A program made the position numbers and the translations under genes. This document shows, piece by piece, positions 5,575 to 14,216 of a DNA stretch of 32,000 nucleotides (position 1 is its first letter; each line of letters opens with the position of its first letter). The stretch comes from an uncultured bacterium (GTDB taxonomy: Bacteria > Auribacterota > JACPWU01), in contig CAZXEQ010000002.1 in NCBI GenBank assembly GCA_964640155.1, positions 469,886 through 501,885 of the forward strand. The letters run 5' to 3'. The notes beneath the pieces are model-generated. The model was not told the DNA's origin. It did not search any database and was given only the letters and a program-made list of their open reading frames with translations.

Positions 5575-8500
5575 ATGAAACGATTGAGCGCTATTTCTGT
5601 CTTCAAATCTTTTTTAATAGGAATATTTGTCTTCACTCAAGTTTATGCGGACAATTCTCCAAATACCTCCAGCGCGGCTCGAGTTAGAAATCCAAGAATT
5701 TCTTCTTCTCAAATTTCTCCTGTTTTTGCAAAGCTAGATTCAGAAGCATTGATTCTTAGAAAAATAGGAACTGAAAATATATTGGCCAAAGGAAGTTTGG
5801 CTCAAATGGGAAACAAAATGGTGGTGGTAGGTAAAAATAAAACCATGAGTTTGTCGAGTGTGGTTCAAAAAACTTTTATAGAACAAGATACCCTTCAAAA
5901 TGAACTCCGAAGTGTGGGCGTTTCAAGTCAGGCTTTAATACAACCTCCTGAAATGACAAGTGAAGTTTTTGAATTTCAAAATTCTTTTGTGGTTGTAAAA
6001 AGTACGAGCTTTGTTGTTTCTAAGCCTCAACAATTGGCTCAGAATTCAAATATTTTTAAAAAATATAAGGGAAAACGTAAAGGAAGTCAGCCGGTCAATG
6101 TTGCTTCTTTAGATCGTGAGAAATTAAAAGGGTTTCGATCCTTTATGCAAAATGAGCTGAGGCAACTTCCTGATAATGATCCTTTGAAAGTGGCAGCAGC
6201 TCAAGGCGAAGATGCTGTTCTCCAAGCAGTAGCAGAAGGTAAGGGTAAATATGAAGTCATTGATACGTTATTTGTTCCAAAGGCGGTTTTACCAGAAGTC
6301 AATGGACGGGTTCAATTGCCTTTTCCAACCAAACATTTGCAATCCATGGATTCTGAAAATTTGGATCAAGGGGTAGAAGAACGTGTAGTGGTTGAAAAGC
6401 CTAGCATGCATGAAAGTGGTAAAGCTACTTTTCATACTGAATTTATGTCGGGGTTTACCAAGGGGAATTCATGGGAATGGGAACGTCGTTGGAATTTTCC
6501 TTCTGGTTTTTTTCGCATTACTTTAGGAGCAAGCTATGGTTTGGGTTTGAGAATTCCCATTGATTTAAAAGGAGAGGTTTCTCCCACTGAAATTTTGACA
6601 AAAGATGTAGAAGATAAACCTCGAAATGTGAATACAAAAATGGAAGTTGATACTTTAGATGCAGGTGCAGATTTTTATCGACGTGTGGGACTTCCTCAAA
6701 GTAAGATTTTTGAAGGGAAAGAAGCTGTATTTGAAGCCAAGTTTGGCTATGGCTATAAACTTCGTGCGCTTTGGGATGATTTGCTTCATCATCCTTTTTC
6801 TTATATAGGCATTGATGAAAGCCAACATTTTAAACCTCCCATGGGACGGGGCCATGATGGGCCTATTATTCCGATTCCTGCGGAAGCAACACAAACAAAA
6901 TTTGAGGGTGGAATTTTAAATGGATTTGCACAAATTGGAATTAGAATTACAGGAAAAGGGACTGTGTTATTAGATTTTCAACCTTTTCTGGGGGCTAAAG
7001 AGTTAAAGAAAGAGGAGATTAAATTTCCTAATACAAGTTCTCAGACTCAAGAAAATGAGCGCCCTAATGCAAATTCCCAGACTAAAAAAAGTGAACTTCC
7101 TGCCATTTCTGGAAATGGAGACAAATTGGAAAAACCTTTTGGTTTCACGCTCGGTAATCCACGATATAAAATTGATTTGACGCTTGTTCCTGTTGTGCGC
7201 TTGGAGGCTACGGTTGGCGTGGATTGGTTAAGCAGACATTTTAGTACTGGATGGATTGATTTGAATGCTTTAAGCGTAGATATTGGGAGTGTTTCCTTCA
7301 GTCGTCATAGTGGGACGCGCAAAAATTATAAATTTTCGCAAGGGAAAAAGAAGTTTGAGAAAATTGGTAGTAACTATGCTGAAAATATTAAAGATGGAGA
7401 TATTGTTGGAATCCAGTCTGTTCCCAGTGGGAAATTTGTACGTGGAGGGCTTCCAAATGCAGTTGAATGTGGTCTTGGCGCAACCAGTCCACATTGTCAT
7501 CTTTGGGAGGCCTTTAAATTTCATGATTTAGGTGGGGGAAAAGTGGCACTTCAATTGATTAAAAATGCGCAATATATTCGTGCAGGTTTGGGTGAAAAAA
7601 AGTTTCTTGCTGCGATTAGCCCTCATAAACAAAGTTGGGAAACTTTTAAAATGGTGAAGTTGGGAGATGGAAAGGTCACATTTCAAGCTATTAACAGTGG
7701 AAAATATGTTCGTGTCAATTCAGCTGAAGGAGATCGTTTGACTTCAGATAGTGCTAGAGCGGGCGCTTCTGAAACTTTTAGATTTTGGCCAGCTTGGGAA
7801 GTGGTGAATGAACTTCCTGTGACTGCTAAGAAAGATATAGTAGGAATTGAATGTGTTAAAAACGGTAAATATATTCGAGCTGGTATGGATGAAAAATCTC
7901 GACTTGCTGCAGTGAGTCCACACCTTCAAGTCTGGGAAGCATTTAGAGTCAAAGATCTAGGAGATCGAAAAATCGCTTTGCAATCTGTGAAGAGTAACAA
8001 GTATGTGAGTATCTCTTATAATATTCCTCGTATGGATGTGATGGCTCTTAGTTCCGATATTGGACCTGAAGAGACGTTTAAGAAAGTAGATTTGCGTGAT
8101 CATGGGAAAGTGGCTCTTCATTCTGGGGTTTTGGGAAAATATATTCGTGCAGGAATGGGGCAGAATTGTTTTTTAGGAGCAGGTAGTACTTCTCCCGGAG
8201 AATGGGAGGAATTTCGTTTTCATAGAGTGCCTCAGACAGAAACAACAGCTCGTTCTCAGTGGCAGAGTCAGCCCCGTCGTGAGAATGCTCAAGAAGAAAC
8301 TGATGAAGAATCTAGGATACAAGATCAACCAGAAGAATCAGCCTCTGAAGAAAATGCAAGTCAGGATGCTTCCGAGAATAAGGAACAAGCTCCTTCTCGT
8401 GCCCAAAGTGCAAATGACAATGCTTCTTCAGAAAATTCTGCAGGAAATAATCCCATCGATTGGAATTCAATCTCACAAGGGATATCAGGATTAACCCCAA

Positions 8501-8970
8501 ATAGAGGAAATACACAAGCTTCTGATGAGGATTCTGATTCTACTTCGGGGCAGACTTCAAATCCTTCTTTGAAACCACCCAAAAAGCCAGGTATATCTTC
8601 AGGGAATAAGCCGAGCACAGGAAATAATTTCCCTGATATCAATCCTAATTGGAAACCATCTCCTTCAACGGGGAGGAAACCGGGGTCGAGTAAACCTCCT
8701 ATTGTTTTAAAACCAGGGAAGGTGAATACAAAACCAAATGTTTCTTATCCTGTTACCAAAAAACCTGCTACAACAAAACCCCCCATAACATTAAAACCTT
8801 CAAAAACGCTTAATAATAAAAACATGAATTGGGGAAATTTTAAATCGAATAAGGCAACGGGATCTTCTTCTCAAATGAATCAGACCAGATTATCTTCTAA
8901 AAAAAGTGCAGCAACTCAAGGATCAAATTTTACATTGTTAAATGCAAGGTCATCAAATTCGCAGTCATAA
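5575..8970 (+). CDS. Large secreted protein: beta-rich N-terminal domain of unknown family, two fascin-like beta-trefoil domains, Ser/Asn/Pro/Lys-rich low-complexity tail
   Basis: GGGAGG RBS 7 nt upstream. Signal-peptide-like N-terminus (MKRLSAISVFKSFLIGIFVFTQVYA/D). Residues ~608-885 form six ~42-aa subrepeats with the pattern GKY(V/I)RAG...(W)E(A/E/T)F(K/R)(F/V). Residues 886-1131 are low complexity with KPPI(V/T)LKP(G/S)K repeats. Confidence 0.7.
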   Translation: MKRLSAISVFKSFLIGIFVFTQVYADNSPNTSSAARVRNPRISSSQISPVFAKLDSEALILRKIGTENILAKGSLAQMGNKMVVVGKNKTMSLSSVVQKTFIEQDTLQNELRSVGVSSQALIQPPEMTSEVFEFQNSFVVVKSTSFVVSKPQQLAQNSNIFKKYKGKRKGSQPVNVASLDREKLKGFRSFMQNELRQLPDNDPLKVAAAQGEDAVLQAVAEGKGKYEVIDTLFVPKAVLPEVNGRVQLPFPTKHLQSMDSENLDQGVEERVVVEKPSMHESGKATFHTEFMSGFTKGNSWEWERRWNFPSGFFRITLGASYGLGLRIPIDLKGEVSPTEILTKDVEDKPRNVNTKMEVDTLDAGADFYRRVGLPQSKIFEGKEAVFEAKFGYGYKLRALWDDLLHHPFSYIGIDESQHFKPPMGRGHDGPIIPIPAEATQTKFEGGILNGFAQIGIRITGKGTVLLDFQPFLGAKELKKEEIKFPNTSSQTQENERPNANSQTKKSELPAISGNGDKLEKPFGFTLGNPRYKIDLTLVPVVRLEATVGVDWLSRHFSTGWIDLNALSVDIGSVSFSRHSGTRKNYKFSQGKKKFEKIGSNYAENIKDGDIVGIQSVPSGKFVRGGLPNAVECGLGATSPHCHLWEAFKFHDLGGGKVALQLIKNAQYIRAGLGEKKFLAAISPHKQSWETFKMVKLGDGKVTFQAINSGKYVRVNSAEGDRLTSDSARAGASETFRFWPAWEVVNELPVTAKKDIVGIECVKNGKYIRAGMDEKSRLAAVSPHLQVWEAFRVKDLGDRKIALQSVKSNKYVSISYNIPRMDVMALSSDIGPEETFKKVDLRDHGKVALHSGVLGKYIRAGMGQNCFLGAGSTSPGEWEEFRFHRVPQTETTARSQWQSQPRRENAQEETDEESRIQDQPEESASEENASQDASENKEQAPSRAQSANDNASSENSAGNNPIDWNSISQGISGLTPNRGNTQASDEDSDSTSGQTSNPSLKPPKKPGISSGNKPSTGNNFPDINPNWKPSPSTGRKPGSSKPPIVLKPGKVNTKPNVSYPVTKKPATTKPPITLKPSKTLNNKNMNWGNFKSNKATGSSSQMNQTRLSSKKSAATQGSNFTLLNARSSNSQS

Positions 8971-8979
8971 AGCTAAAAG

Positions 8980-9116
8980 AAGAAGGATTTATTTTTAGGA
9001 CCGTTGATGAGGCTTGTGCTCATGGTCCCCGATATTCATCGGGGAAACAAGCCGAATCACCGAGCGAAGTTCCATCGGTGGGGGAACTGAGCGTGTCCGA
9101 AAAATAAATCCTTCTT
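8980..9116 (+). repeat. Three-way-junction module, copy 2 (candidate structured RNA); the strand is inferred from homology to copy 1
   Basis: Structure read from the sequence:
- P1: 8980-8996/9100-9116, 17 bp perfect.
- A-G mismatch at 8997/9099.
- 8998-9001/9095-9098.
- P2: 9011-9017/9047-9053.
- CCCCGAT-ATTC-ATCGGGG hairpin at 9027-9044.
- P3: 9068-9073/9083-9088.

It occupies almost the entire 150-bp gap between the convergent stops at 8970 and 9121. Confidence 0.5.
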
Positions 9117-9120
9117 GCTA

Positions 9121-9876
9121 TTACTTCTCTTTGACAGAGCTAAATAATTTCTTTCCTACAAAAAAGGGCCCCATCGACTCTATATATTTAGCTGTTTGCT
9201 GGGTTTTTCTCATTTCTTGAATGAGTTTAGAAAGAGGATAGAGTTCTTGTCCCATTAAACCAATGACAAATTCATTGTTGCTTATATCAAGGCCATGGCA
9301 GACCAGTCGAACATCATGTGCAAAATCAGCCGCTCCAAAATTCATACCGATTTTGGCATGTTCCATTAGAATTCCCCGTTGTTCATCTTTTGAAAGAAGT
9401 TCAAATTCTGCTTTTCTTTTGAGAGGATACCAGATTGCCCAAGATGAGGACAGATTAGAGAGATTACGTCGAGGTTTCCATAAGAGCCAATCTTCTAAAT
9501 TCTGTTCATGTCCACTGGAATAAGTTCGTCCAAACATGGTGAATTCTGGACGAGCCTCAAGATTGATAAAGGGTTCAGATAAGAGTAAAGCTCTAAGCTC
9601 TTCGGCAAATAGAGCCGGGTTTTCACTTACAGTCACAAGCCCTATTCCTCGTGCATCATTGACATCAGAATAAAGCACACATTCAAAAGCAGCTTTTTTT
9701 AGGGTTTCGATAACTTCTTGTGTTTGAAGACATTCTGTAAAAGCTAAAAACTGAATAAAAAGTCTCTGATTTAAAGTCTGAGGAACGCCATCTTTAGCAG
9801 CTCCGAATTCACGTATTTCTGGCAGCTCCATAGGAGGCCTGGATGTAGGATGAGAATGTGTTTTTGTTTCACTCAT
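9121..9876 (-). CDS. Chlorite dismutase family protein (Cld/HemQ-like heme-binding fold)
   Basis: ~250 aa. The C-terminal half reads WAIWYPLKRKAEFELLSKDEQRGILMEHAKIG...HGLD..NEFVIGL......LSKLIQEMRKT.QTAKYIESMGPFFVGKK, matching my recollection of the conserved Cld-family pattern (W.WYP..R...W..L....R..M..H...G; MR.......Y....GPF..G). Confidence 0.6.
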   Translation of the reverse strand: MSETKTHSHPTSRPPMELPEIREFGAAKDGVPQTLNQRLFIQFLAFTECLQTQEVIETLKKAAFECVLYSDVNDARGIGLVTVSENPALFAEELRALLLSEPFINLEARPEFTMFGRTYSSGHEQNLEDWLLWKPRRNLSNLSSSWAIWYPLKRKAEFELLSKDEQRGILMEHAKIGMNFGAADFAHDVRLVCHGLDISNNEFVIGLMGQELYPLSKLIQEMRKTQQTAKYIESMGPFFVGKKLFSSVKEK

Positions 9877-9957
9877 AATGGAGGAAATTTATCACTCTTA
9901 AGATTGAAATACAATGAATATTGATCATCTTTGAAAAGGGAATGAGAAACAAATTTT

Positions 9958-11187
9958 TTAACGAAAGAATCTTTTTCTTCCACCGCCACCGCGGCGTTTG
10001 TGACTTGAGAAAACAACTTTTGCAGTTGTCTCTTCGAAGCGTTCTGGAGGCATTTCAGGGTGTTCAGAAATGGGAAGAGCTGTTCTCATTACTTTTTCGA
10101 TGTCTTTTACTTCTCTTTTTTGATCCGGAGTTGCAAATGAAATAGCATGCCCGGGTTTCCCCGCGCGGCCTGTTCGTCCAATGCGATGTACATAATTTTC
10201 AGAATCATCAGGCAAGTCATAATTAACGACGACTTCAATCCCTGAAACATCAATTCCTCGAGCTGCAATATCGGTCGCTACGAGAATGCGATATTTGCCA
10301 GAACGAAATCCTTCTAAAGCTTCTCGCCTTTGTGAAAGAGATCGATCTGAATGGATTTCGTTTACACGATGTCCCAATTGTCTGATAAATCTTGAAATTT
10401 TTTGAGCTCCGATTTTGGTTCTTACAAAAAGTAATACGGTCCCAGAATATTGAGTTAAAATTTTTTCGAGAATGGTTTTTTTTGCATCTTTGCTTACAAC
10501 AAATAATTCTTGCGTCACTCGATCAGCGATCATCCCTGATTTTGCAATTTCTACAGGAATGGGCAATTTCATATGACTTGCAGCCAAGGTCATCACTTGA
10601 GGGGGCATCGTTGCAGAAAAGAAAAGGGTTTGACGATCGCGTGGCATAGCGCGAAGAATGACTTGGATTTGTGGAGCAAAACCCATGTCGAGCATACGAT
10701 CCGCTTCATCCAAAACCAATATAGAAACATCTTTAAGTGACACATATCCTTGCTGCATATGGTCAATCAAGCGTCCCGGGGTTGCCAGAAGAATAGAAGG
10801 GTGTTGACGAAGAGACTGGATTTGCTCATGCATGGATGCGCCTCCAATCAAAACAGCCATCTTTATTTTTGGATTTAGAGAATGAAGACTTTTATAAATT
10901 TGAAGTGCCAACTCTCTTGTGGGAACAAGGGCTAGACCACGACCTCCCTTTTGAGCAAGGCGTTGCATCATAGGAATACCAAATGCAAAAGTTTTCCCAG
11001 TTCCCGTTTGAGCAATGCCAATGACATCTTTGCCTTCAAGTGCCAAGGGAATCGCTTTTTGTTGAATAGGCGTAGGGGTGTGAAACTTCATCTTTTCTAA
11101 AGCATCAAGAAATTGAGGTGCAATCCCTAAACCGTAAAACCCATTGTTGGGGGGTGTTAGCTGTGTCATGTACATCCAATATAACAT
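9958..11187 (-). CDS. DEAD-box ATP-dependent RNA helicase
   Basis: Q-motif region (F..PTPIQ), AQTGTGKT (motif I), PTRELA, VLDEADRM (DEAD), SAT, HRIGRTGRAG (motif VI), and a basic Gly/Arg tail. The exact start among Met1/5/7 is uncertain. Confidence 0.9.
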   Translation of the reverse strand: MLYWMYMTQLTPPNNGFYGLGIAPQFLDALEKMKFHTPTPIQQKAIPLALEGKDVIGIAQTGTGKTFAFGIPMMQRLAQKGGRGLALVPTRELALQIYKSLHSLNPKIKMAVLIGGASMHEQIQSLRQHPSILLATPGRLIDHMQQGYVSLKDVSILVLDEADRMLDMGFAPQIQVILRAMPRDRQTLFFSATMPPQVMTLAASHMKLPIPVEIAKSGMIADRVTQELFVVSKDAKKTILEKILTQYSGTVLLFVRTKIGAQKISRFIRQLGHRVNEIHSDRSLSQRREALEGFRSGKYRILVATDIAARGIDVSGIEVVVNYDLPDDSENYVHRIGRTGRAGKPGHAISFATPDQKREVKDIEKVMRTALPISEHPEMPPERFEETTAKVVFSSHKRRGGGGRKRFFR

Positions 11188-11358
11188 GAGTTAATTTAAA
11201 AAGCGAATTAATCTTAAAATTTGATTTTGTAGGTCTTTGTTTAAGTTTGAGAAAGAACTTTCAGATTTCGGATTAAACTGATAGTGTAATGAACGATTTG
11301 TATGGTTTTGAATCGTTTAGATGCTGCCCACTTTTAAAAATTACATACTCTCTATCAT

Positions 11359-12087
11359 ATGACAATTTTTTTTGGTTTTGCTGCTTTTCTCTCAATATTT
11401 TTGGGTGGATTGCTGGCTTTAAAATTTCGAGATAAACTCCATTTGTTTATAGGGTTCAGTGCTGGGGCGGTGATAGGTCTTGTTTTTTTTGATTTATTAC
11501 CAGAGGCTATCGAACTGGGAAGTCCGTTTTATCCTATATCCTTTCTTACTCTGATGAGCAGCATTGGCTTTATCGTATACATGTTTTTAGATCGCATGGC
11601 CCTTTTGCATTCTCATGTAGACGAGGTATGCCAAAATCCAGGACATGGACGTGTGAGGGGTTTTCTTGGCGCAGGAAGTTTATCCTTTCATAGCCTTTTA
11701 GACGGGATGGCGATTGGTTTGGCCTTTCATGTATCTACAAATGTTGGGATTGTGGTTACGGCTGCAATTGTTGTTCATGGTTTTTCAGATGGTATTAATA
11801 CGGTCAGCATTATTTTAAAAAATGGAGGAGAAAAACGTTTGGCGTTTCGCTGGCTTTTGACAGATGCCGTTGCCCCTATCTTAGGTGTTCTGACAACGTT
11901 TTTTTTTACAATACCAGAAAAGTTTTTAGGATTAATGTTGGCGATTCTTTCTGGATTTTTTCTTTATATTGGGGCCAGTGATCTTTTGCCTGAAAGTCAT
12001 CATGCTCATCCTACCAAATGGACAACATTTGCCACTCTTTTAGGGATTGTGGTCATTTATGTTGTTGTGTGGATTGCAGGTGTATAG
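11359..12087 (+). CDS. ZIP family divalent metal transporter
   Basis: 242 aa and polytopic. His-rich central loop (LHSHVDEVCQNPGHG) plus HSLLDGMAIG and HGFSDG motifs typical of ZupT/ZIP transporters. Confidence 0.75.
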   Translation: MTIFFGFAAFLSIFLGGLLALKFRDKLHLFIGFSAGAVIGLVFFDLLPEAIELGSPFYPISFLTLMSSIGFIVYMFLDRMALLHSHVDEVCQNPGHGRVRGFLGAGSLSFHSLLDGMAIGLAFHVSTNVGIVVTAAIVVHGFSDGINTVSIILKNGGEKRLAFRWLLTDAVAPILGVLTTFFFTIPEKFLGLMLAILSGFFLYIGASDLLPESHHAHPTKWTTFATLLGIVVIYVVVWIAGV

Positions 12088-12202
12088 GTTGTTCTTTAGC
12101 TTTTCTCAGAAAATTAAATTCTTCTAATTTAGTTTTAACATTCAATTTATAATTTTTTCAATATACTGACTTGTCATTATAATTATTTTAAAGGAATGTT
12201 TT

Positions 12203-13303
12203 ATGGAACTCTTGAGAGAAGTTTTAAAAATAGAAGTGTGGGGAAATACGATACAAACGTATTTCATTGCAACCTTCTTTTTTATAGGAACTTTGGTTGT
12301 TTTACGTTTGATAGATCGTTATATCGTTAAAAAATTAAAGAGTTGGTTAGAAAAAAAATCTTATCCTAAATTTTCTATTATTCTTACTTCCCTTCAAGAA
12401 GTCATAACTCCCTTTATATACATTACAGCTTTTTATTTAGCGACGCTTCAACTACATTTTAGTAGAAGATTTGAAAGAGTTATTCATTTTGTTGTGGTTG
12501 TTGTTTTAATTGTTCAGTTAACAAAATTATTGCTTCAAGTGGGTCTTTATTTCTTTGAAAGAAATTGGGTTCAAAAAAGGTTTCAAGCAGGAAGTGCAGC
12601 GATTGCCAGGTCCTTGGTGACCATTATCAAGGTGGTTGTTTGGGGGTTGGCTTTTGTTTTTATTCTCGATAATCTAGGATTTAATATTTCTGCTGTTGTT
12701 GCAGGATTAGGAATTACAGGTATTGCAGTTGCATTGGCTGCACAAACATTTTTAGGTGATCTCTTTAATTATTTTGTCATTTTTTTTGATAAACCCTTCG
12801 AAATGGGAGATTTTATCATTGCCGGAGATGTGATGGGATCTATCGAAAATGTAGGAGTTAAGACGACACGGATACGTTCATTAGAAGGAGAAGAGATTAT
12901 TTTCCCTAATTCTCAGTTGGCTTCTTCTAAAATTCGAAATTATAAGCGCATGCAGCAAAGACGTATTCAGTTTAAAATAGGTTTAGCCTACGAAACGACT
13001 TCTAGACAACTTGAGAAAATTCCTCAAATGATACAAAAAATCATTGAATCCATTCCAGAAACCCGTTTTGATCGAGCCCACTTTCAGGGTTATGGAGATT
13101 TTAGTCTGAATATCGAAGTTGTTTATTTCGTTTTAAATGCAGATTACAATCGGTACATGGATATTCAACAAAGAATTAATTTAGAAATTAAAAAAATGAT
13201 GGAAGAGGAAAAGGTGATTTTTGCATATACCACTCAAAGATTGCTTTTAAAAAGTGCTTTCTTGGAGATTGAAAAACCTGCTTCTTCAAATGAACTTAAT
13301 TAA
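12203..13303 (+). CDS. Mechanosensitive ion channel (MscS family)
   Basis: N-terminal TM helices followed by the MscS core (GLGITGIAVALAAQ..LGDLF....IFFDKPF..GD.I), then a beta-domain (G.IE.VG.KTTRIRSLEGEEIIFPNS). AAAGGA RBS upstream. Confidence 0.85.
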   Translation: MELLREVLKIEVWGNTIQTYFIATFFFIGTLVVLRLIDRYIVKKLKSWLEKKSYPKFSIILTSLQEVITPFIYITAFYLATLQLHFSRRFERVIHFVVVVVLIVQLTKLLLQVGLYFFERNWVQKRFQAGSAAIARSLVTIIKVVVWGLAFVFILDNLGFNISAVVAGLGITGIAVALAAQTFLGDLFNYFVIFFDKPFEMGDFIIAGDVMGSIENVGVKTTRIRSLEGEEIIFPNSQLASSKIRNYKRMQQRRIQFKIGLAYETTSRQLEKIPQMIQKIIESIPETRFDRAHFQGYGDFSLNIEVVYFVLNADYNRYMDIQQRINLEIKKMMEEEKVIFAYTTQRLLLKSAFLEIEKPASSNELN

Positions 13304-13309
13304 ATAAAA

Positions 13310-14170
13310 TCATTCTTTTTGTAATAACCGTTTGTATTCTTCTAAAATTCTTTTTTGTTCCGAACTTGTTTTGGGATAGTTTAAACGTAGTGAGTTGAGT
13401 TTTGAAATAATGATGTCTGAAATCATGACACGCGCAAACCATTTGTTGTCTGATGGGATAATATACCAAGGAGCCTGAGAATGGCTGGTTTGGCTAAGCA
13501 TGCTTTCATAAGCGCGCATGTACTCGTTCCAGTGTCTTCGATTTTCCAAATCAAAAGCTGAGAATTTCCAATTTTTTTCGGGATTGTTAATGCGATCCAG
13601 TAGCCGCTTCTTTTGTTCATTTTTAGAAATGTTGAGAAAAAATTTCAAAATGATTACTCCATTTCTAGTCAGATATTGTTCCCACTGGGTAATGTCTTCA
13701 TAACGATGTTTCCAAATATTTTTCAGAGCCTCAGCTGGGAGTTTTTGTTTTGCTAGAATTTCAGGACGAACATGGGTAATGAGAACTTCTTCGTAATAAG
13801 AACGATTAAAAACGCCTATTCTTCCTCTTTCAGGAAGAGCCTTTACGCTACGCCAAAGATAGTCGTGATCGAGCTCTTCTGAAGAAGGTTCTTTGAAGCT
13901 GAAAACTTGAATTCCTTGAGGATTAACGCCTGATAGAACATGACGAATAGCACCATCTTTCCCGGAGGTATCCATTCCCTGAAAGATGATGAGAAGAGAA
14001 TAGGTGTCATTCGCGTAAAATAAGTTCTGCAATTGAGATAGAAGTTGGATATTTTTTTTTAGCTTTTGACTCGTGTCTTCCTTGTTTTCAAAATCTCGGA
14101 TAAAATCTGAAGGATAATCTTTAAGTTTTATCTCTCGATGTGTAGAGATGGTAAAATGTTTTAGATTCAT
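13310..14170 (-). CDS. ppk2: Polyphosphate kinase 2 family protein (PPK2, polyphosphate:nucleotide phosphotransferase)
   Basis: ~286 aa with a Walker-A-like QGMDTSGKDG, RSYYEEVL, and the WKFS..D...R..W..Y lid region characteristic of PPK2. Confidence 0.8.
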   Translation of the reverse strand: MNLKHFTISTHREIKLKDYPSDFIRDFENKEDTSQKLKKNIQLLSQLQNLFYANDTYSLLIIFQGMDTSGKDGAIRHVLSGVNPQGIQVFSFKEPSSEELDHDYLWRSVKALPERGRIGVFNRSYYEEVLITHVRPEILAKQKLPAEALKNIWKHRYEDITQWEQYLTRNGVIILKFFLNISKNEQKKRLLDRINNPEKNWKFSAFDLENRRHWNEYMRAYESMLSQTSHSQAPWYIIPSDNKWFARVMISDIIISKLNSLRLNYPKTSSEQKRILEEYKRLLQKE

Positions 14171-14216
14171 GTAACCCTATATTATAAAAATATCTTCATG
14201 CTAGAAAAAGTATTCT

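Noticed and set aside
9003-9094. Hammerhead-ribozyme-like arrangement in module copy 2: UGAUGA (9005-9010), then a stem (9011-17/9047-53), then GAA (9054-56), then a further stem (9058-63/9075-80).
   Set aside because: The residue before UGAUGA is U, not the conserved C3. The 15.1/16.1 A-U pair and a proper H17 cleavage-site context are missing. An 11-nt linker separates the putative stem III from stem I. Copy 1 (4358-4496) lacks the UGAUGA block entirely. It is most likely coincidence, though a cleavage assay would settle it.
9014-9220. 68-aa plus-strand ORF spanning module copy 2 and the 3' end of the Cld-like gene.
   Set aside because: It has no RBS. It runs through a strongly paired element and then antisense into a well-supported CDS. 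The translation has no recognisable features.
11290-11330. Inverted repeat AACGATT...AATCGTT upstream of the ZIP transporter gene, as a possible Zur/Fur-type box.
   Set aside because: It is only 7 bp per arm with an 11-nt spacer. It does not resemble the AT-rich 7-1-7 Fur/Zur consensus that I know, so support is insufficient.
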